The notes under the pieces were generated by a model. That model searched no databases. It was not told the DNA's origin and was given only the letters and a program-made list of their open reading frames with translations. Positions 58,644-64,000 of a stretch of 64,000 nucleotides of DNA are shown in pieces. The stretch covers positions 1,802,492 through 1,866,491 of the forward strand of contig CAJINV010000012.1 of assembly GCA_905178155.1 (NCBI GenBank), in the 5' to 3' direction. The translations under genes and the position numbers were made by a program. The DNA is from Amoebophrya sp. A120. Taxonomy: Eukaryota; Protista; Dinoflagellata. The number at the start of each line of letters is the position of its first letter. Position 1 is the first letter of the stretch.

Positions 58644-61600
58644 TCACGCTTCTAAAACGAAGGTCTGGTGCAGCGCGACTAACCCATTCACCTCGATCTG
58701 TATCCAGTGTAAAAACGCGCCCACGTCGCCAGATTTGTCGTGCAATATCTCTGCAAGCTCTCAGGCTCAGCCCCATTCTCAAACGTAGACCCATATCAGG
58801 GAGCAGCTTCTAACTCATTCTCGGTGGAGTTTACCATGCAAAAGTCAGGATAAGGTGACCAACTTCCTCCAATGCGGCTGCGCTAGCTGAACAGGATTTT
58901 TGCACAAACTGGTCATGCGCCCCACACAGAAATAAACGTACTACTTGTTGCTTTATTGTGTAAGCATAGTTCTTTCCATCGTGAAATCGACTTTCGGGTG
59001 GCGGGGAGCACGTTTTTACTTAGGATAGCGTGTCCGTGGTCGTTGTATCAAATGCAAAAGTGTCTGGGTCTGGAAGGTTGGAACTTGTGATGCTACCTTT
59101 GGACTCTAAAAAAATCTGTATTGCATGACCAGCAAGAGGAGTCGACTCTGTGCTACGCGTTTCGTTTCGTTTTGACATTTGACTCCTGTCAGGGTGGCGT
59201 TAGAACAGATTTAGCCTCTGCCAATACCGTGGCGTTAGAACAGATTTAGCCTCTGCCAATACCCCTAGGTGGACACCCGTTCCACGTCCTACAGATACCA
59301 CCCGACCGCATCCGCTGAACCGTTTCCGATTTCTTACGCGTGTATACGGCCAGTGGGCGTTAGATGTGGCTGACCTGATTTACCATCCAAGCCCGCGAGC
59401 AAGGTGGAGCTCCAGTGTTGCCTTGCGGGGTTATTCTTACAAACGTTAAACGCTACTGCTTTTGTGGTCGGTTGCGCGCTATGATATACAGGGGGTCTAT
59501 TGGTCACACACGTTGACCCTATCACGATGACGGGCAACCCCAAAGCATGCCCCTTTCAAGCACTTTACCGACCTGCTTCCGCGTGCCCTTTTTATGCGCA
59601 TAGGTAGAGTCGGACTTTGAAGCTCCGCGTTAGCAGAGCCGCCACCGCGCCCGCCCCGGGGGGGCCCCTTGGGGAAGGGGGGCGCTGCCTTAGCGCAGTC
59701 TTTAACTTAGCAACCCTGTTTCCACCTACTAGTGCGGAGGTAGGGCGTTTGTCATGCGGAGTAGGCATCAGGAGGCCCTCTAAAAATCTGTGATGCTAGG
59801 CCGTGCATTACAGACATCCTGAGTCATGCAAAACATGCATGACAAGTCTCAGAATCTTCCAGACCCAGACATTTTTACATTTGATACGTTGAAGAGAGAC
59901 TTGATTTCTTCGAAGTCCGGGCCTTTTGGAAAGACGCTCTCGTATGCAGTGCAAGAGCATCGTACTAGCATAAATTGCATTTAGCGCAGCATTACAAATC
60001 TAAATTTGTAATGCTGATTTATCTTGAGAAGGAGATTTGCAATGCATAAATGCAATTGCTACGAGTACGATACTTTTGCACAGGATATCTCGTCGTAGAT
60101 CACCACAACCGTTTCGTCCTTTGGCTGCATAAAATGCTTCATGCCCCAGTCCGTGTACTCCCCCGCGCCCAATGCGATCCAGCACGACATCGGGTAATCG
60201 CAAGCTTCGAGCAGCTCGTTGATGTCCTGTTTTTGTTTGAGAGAATAATTTGTCATGCGATACAGCAGCTTCAAGCAAATTCCAGCATTTTGTTCTGTTG
60301 ACATTCGGGGGGTGTGGATTTGAAATGCCATCAGCATCTTCACCAGGCCACCACGAGTCGTAAGTAGATCTGCAAAGAGTTATAATTACAGCCTCAGGTG
60401 GAGACATGACATGCGCATGACGGAAGCGCCGCAAACCGGAAAGATGAAAATGTAGTTGTACTAGTACGATGATGAGCTGCTTCTACCTATAATCTAGATA
60501 CCTCCCACTTATCCTTGCTCTGCTGGTAATTCATTTGCTCTGTGATCCACTTCAGCAGAGGCTGGTAAAACATCAGGTAGTTCCTCGCCGGCGCGGCTTT
60601 TGTGTACGCGTGAATTTCCTCCCCTCGTTTCACATAGCTCGCCAACACGAGTCTCCCCGCCAGGCCGTGCGGGGAAAAATCTTTCTTCGGATTCTGCAAG
60701 GGAAACGCGTTCAGCGATATACCTGGGTATAACGTAAGTAATGACGTAGATATGTCGCTGCGCCGCATTTACTTATTTCATCGACACTGATGCGAGGACA
60801 AAATGATTTCTCGACATGTGGTCCAGCGCACTACGACCTCTAGCTCCTACATAAGAACAAAGCGGTGCATGATCTTCAGAACAAATTTCTCATCGTCGTG
60901 AAGAAAAATCAATGCATTTGTATAATTACAAGTACCTTTGCTGCCGTGTCCCCAGTTTTTCTTCTCGCTGAGTTTCTCACTGTTCCGCAGCTGTCGGATT
61001 GAGCAGTCGTATGAATTGCAAAAGCATCGCACTAGTACGAACCAGCCATGCTCCGGCTGCCGCCGGAGCGCAAGGCTGTTGGGCCGGGGCAAGACAGTTT
61101 GCCGATCGGACCACAACGCCACGGGCCTGTGCACAACGGAACATACTGGAGTCCTGCACAACGAAACATAGTGGAGTTTGCGCCGCGCCAACCCGCAGGA
61201 CCACTTGCGCGCTTCCCGCGCCTGTGGGCGCTCTGCGCAGGGAGCAGCTGAAAAGAACACCGGGGGCGAACAGAAGCCGCCCGGCGCGAGAGGGTAGCGC
61301 GAGAGGGTGGGTAGCGCGAGAGGGTGGCGCGGGAGGGTGGCGCGAGAGGGTTGCGCGAGAGGGTGGCGCAAGAGGGTGGCGCGAGAGGGTGGCGCGAGAG
61401 GGTGGCGCGAGAGGGTGCGCGAGAGGGTGGCGCGAGAGGGTGCGCGAGAGTGAGGGTGGCGCGGAAAGGCGCCGAACCAGACAAGTTCGCGAATGGCCTG
61501 CAATGCCAAATATGGGGACTGCCATGCGGATTCGCGTCCGCTTGGGTGTGCTTTTACCCTCTCGCAGACCTTCCGCAGACCCTCTCTTTGGCCTCTTTTG

Positions 61601-63949
61601 GGGGTCCCCGCTAATAATCCGGCTATGCTCGCGGGTAGAGGTCGACAGAGGTGGCCGAGAGGTGGCCAAGAGGGTCCGCGAGAGGTCGCCCCTTATTCGC
61701 GCCACCTCTCTCCACCTCTGTCGACCTCTCGCGCCCCCTCTTTTTGACCTCTCTGCACCCTCTCAGGCACTTAGGCGGCGCTTTAGGGTGAGCGCTTCGG
61801 CGGGCTATACTCGCGCACCCTCTCGCCGACCCTCTCGAATGGGGTCCCGCGCCACCTTTCCACCTCTGTCGACCTCTTTTTGACCTCTCGGCCACCTCTT
61901 GTTTACCCTCTGTCTACCTCTTTTTTCGCATGAATATAATATATAGCAATTGCATTACAAATTTCCTCAGTGTAAGAAATGGAATTTGTAGTGCTGATTG
62001 ACGTATTAATACATAACTGCAATTACTACGAGTGCGATACTTTTGCATTGCATAAGTCGTTGAAAGCGGCGATTTTCCGTGGGATTAACTTCTCCACCAA
62101 GACCTGCCTGGGCGGCCGTGGGTTCCCCTCGCCGTCGAGCTTGAAGTTGATCGACGAAGACTCGGACTTCATGGATTTTAACAATCCACCAAACTTTCCT
62201 ATGGAGTTTTCTCAAACGTTAGCGCTCTCAACTGTTACATGAGTAGTTTGTGATACAAGAATAGCAAAAGTAAATAAAGCGGGGAGCAGCTTTTACCTCC
62301 ACTCGCATCGCAATTTTACCACAGGTCTCCATGCTGTTTGCCCTCCTCGGCGAATCAATTTGTCAAGCGAAGTAGCTTCATGTTCATCATGTCAATGCAA
62401 CAATTCAGAATGTAACTATTGAGAGTTCCTTAATTCCGTTGTTCAAGCTATCCTCCAGATCGTCCTCGTCCTCGTCCAGGGCCCTTTCGTCGTTCCTCAA
62501 AAACTATGCCTTGCCAATATACTGTTTGGGTCTACTGGATTATACTTGTGTTGCGACTACTCGAATAAAAATCGCAGAGTAGTGGAGCCGCTTGCACCAA
62601 GGCGGAACAGCATGAGAAGTTTTGCGGCGAGGTTTCTTGTTGCAGATTCATTCGTGGTAATATGAGTTTCGCAGCAGAAAAAAAAATGGAGAATCGTATC
62701 TATTCTATGCATCACAAAAACAAGAAACCCTTGCTGTCCTTGAAGTCTTCTTGCATTCCAATTTCAGACCCAGACACGTTTGCAATGCATAGACACGCTT
62801 CGCCCGCGGTATTGTACAGAATATCGCAGTAAATCGCGACTTCGGGTTCCACCTGGATGTTGGCCCCTTCTTTCGGATAGTCAATCACCGCGTTGGTTAC
62901 GGGAAATCGGTTCAGCCTTTCGATGATGTGCTGCAAAACGGAATTGTCCTTCACCTGCGCCTATGCATTGCAAAAGGGTCGCGCTTCATCGTAGACATGA
63001 TCATCGTCATCGGTGGATCGGCTTTGCCGACCGGGTAACCCAACGCCTCGTAGGCACGATGCATGACAAGTCTCCTTCTCAAGGTGAATCAACATGACAA
63101 ATTCCATTTGTCATCATGCTGAGCTAATTTGTATCGCAATTATCACTACTAAGAAGAACGATACTTTTGCGTTGTTCTTGCATAGCACCTGCTGCTCATC
63201 CAGCAATTTCTCGATCGTCGCGATCGATTTCGCGTGTCCGCGCGGCTCGCCTGAGGGAGAAAGCAGCACGTCATCACCATTCCCGTCCGGGTTGCTCCTC
63301 AAATCGATGGCATAGGGGATGGAAGGATTGCCGGCGATCATTTCTGGTACCTTACATGACGCCTGATCCGCGGACTGTTCTCGTAATCTGATTACCTCTT
63401 TCTCGGGCGGCAGCTTCGAATTGGATTGCTCCCTCGCGATGTCTATCGAGTGCAAATTTGTCTGGGTCTGGAAGATTTTGCAAGTTTGTCATGCATCTTT
63501 TGGATCACACAGATGCTCTGGAGTGCGCACATGAGCATTACAAGTTTTGTTCAGGTCTCCTGATGCCTATTCTGCATGAGAACCTTGCTATTTGCATAGC
63601 AAAAAGTAGACAGCTTTTGGCTTTCATGCAACACAAATTTTTGCGTAATCCAGACCCAGAGTTTGCATGACAAGTTTGGACTCTTCCAGAGCCAGACATA
63701 TTTGCAATGCATAATGTCTTTTGCAGTTTTGTCGTTGCTTGTTCCTGCGGGAGGGGACGGGGGTGCTTCGTCTTTGTTGTTCTGATTCCTACTCAGTTCC
63801 TTTTCCTCTTCGGAAGACAGCAGTGCGCTCCTATCATACTCGTGCATTTTCGCCGCGACTGTTTGGACTGCCGCGCCCGCGCTGGGGGACGAGAGGGATA
63901 AGTTTTTCTTTTTGCTCGGCAAGTACATCGACGCAGACTTGTATCGCAA
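58644..63949 (-). CDS. DUF5718-like protein (bacterial-type family), multi-exon; 5' end uncertain
   Basis: NIQVEPEVAIYCDILY, AAFND|CSIR..KLSEKKNWGHGSKG|IS, LASYVKRG, FYQPLLKWI..MNYQ, WE|DINELL..YP..IALGAGEYTDWG..FMQPKDETVVVIYD and GLVALHQTF match my recollection of this family; two canonical GT-AG introns (about 60229-60501 and 60724-60934) plus introners. Confidence 0.7.
58701..59027. mobile_element. Introner family C-like
   Basis: TATCC.G.GTAAAAACG TIR; degenerate DR; in-frame join. Confidence 0.7.
59046..59886. mobile_element. Family A introner carrying a ~570-bp nested insertion
   Basis: DR CGTTG; collinear with 50036-50300 except for 59160-59732. Confidence 0.9.
59943..60087. mobile_element. 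Introner family B (145 bp)
   Basis: DR TCTCG. Confidence 0.9.
61010..62054. mobile_element. Expanded family B introner containing a GC-rich minisatellite
   Basis: DR AGTCG; join FND|CSIR; ~13-bp GCGAGAGGGTGGC array at about 61285-61465. Confidence 0.85.
62220..62432. mobile_element. Introner family H
   Basis: CTCTCAACTGTTACAT / ATGTAACTATTGAGAG; ends approximate. Confidence 0.55.
62505..62791. mobile_element. Introner family A-like
   Basis: DR AAAAC/GACAC. Confidence 0.7.
62962..63184. mobile_element. Introner family B-like
   Basis: DR GCGCC/GCACC. Confidence 0.7.
63444..63713. mobile_element. Introner family A
   Basis: DR ATGTC. Confidence 0.9.
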
Positions 63950-64000
63950 GAAAAAAAATTTTCTTTCACTGTGAAGTTGCCATGGAGAGGAAGGACGACG

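Noticed and set aside
59160-59200. Possible hammerhead ribozyme (CTGA..GAAA on the minus strand)
   Set aside because: The core does not match CUGANGA and the required stems are not evident
60847-61883. Long ORFs on both strands (220-294 aa)
   Set aside because: They arise from the stop-free GC-rich minisatellite inside introner 61010-62054

Overview
Eukaryotic DNA, most likely from a syndinian dinoflagellate such as Amoebophrya. This is inferred from the co-oriented gene cluster and the inverted-repeat introner introns; no taxonomic marker gene is present. All recognisable host genes are on the minus strand. They are broken by about 50 TIR-bounded elements from several unrelated families. 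These begin TA(T), end (A)TA and carry 5-bp flanking direct repeats. In the junctions I translated, removing the element plus 5 nt restores the reading frame. Reconstructed host genes: a CBM6/35-like membrane protein, a RING-H2 protein, a small secreted protein, a 19-intron PARP with signal peptide and TM helix, a C2H2 protein, a membrane protein, a C2H2-RRM-2OG/Fe(II) dioxygenase, PCID2/Thp1 and a DUF5718-like protein. The standout is a 14,172-bp element (30316-44487) bounded by segmented ~535-bp terminal inverted repeats. It encodes a spliced hAT-like DDE transposase and a tyrosine recombinase, carries five 12+8+12-bp loxP/dif-like sites, and has a nested palindrome centred within 8 bp of its midpoint. 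It is a candidate transposase-plus-resolvase eukaryotic transposon and possibly a mobiliser of the introners. All calls come from manual reading; no searches were run.
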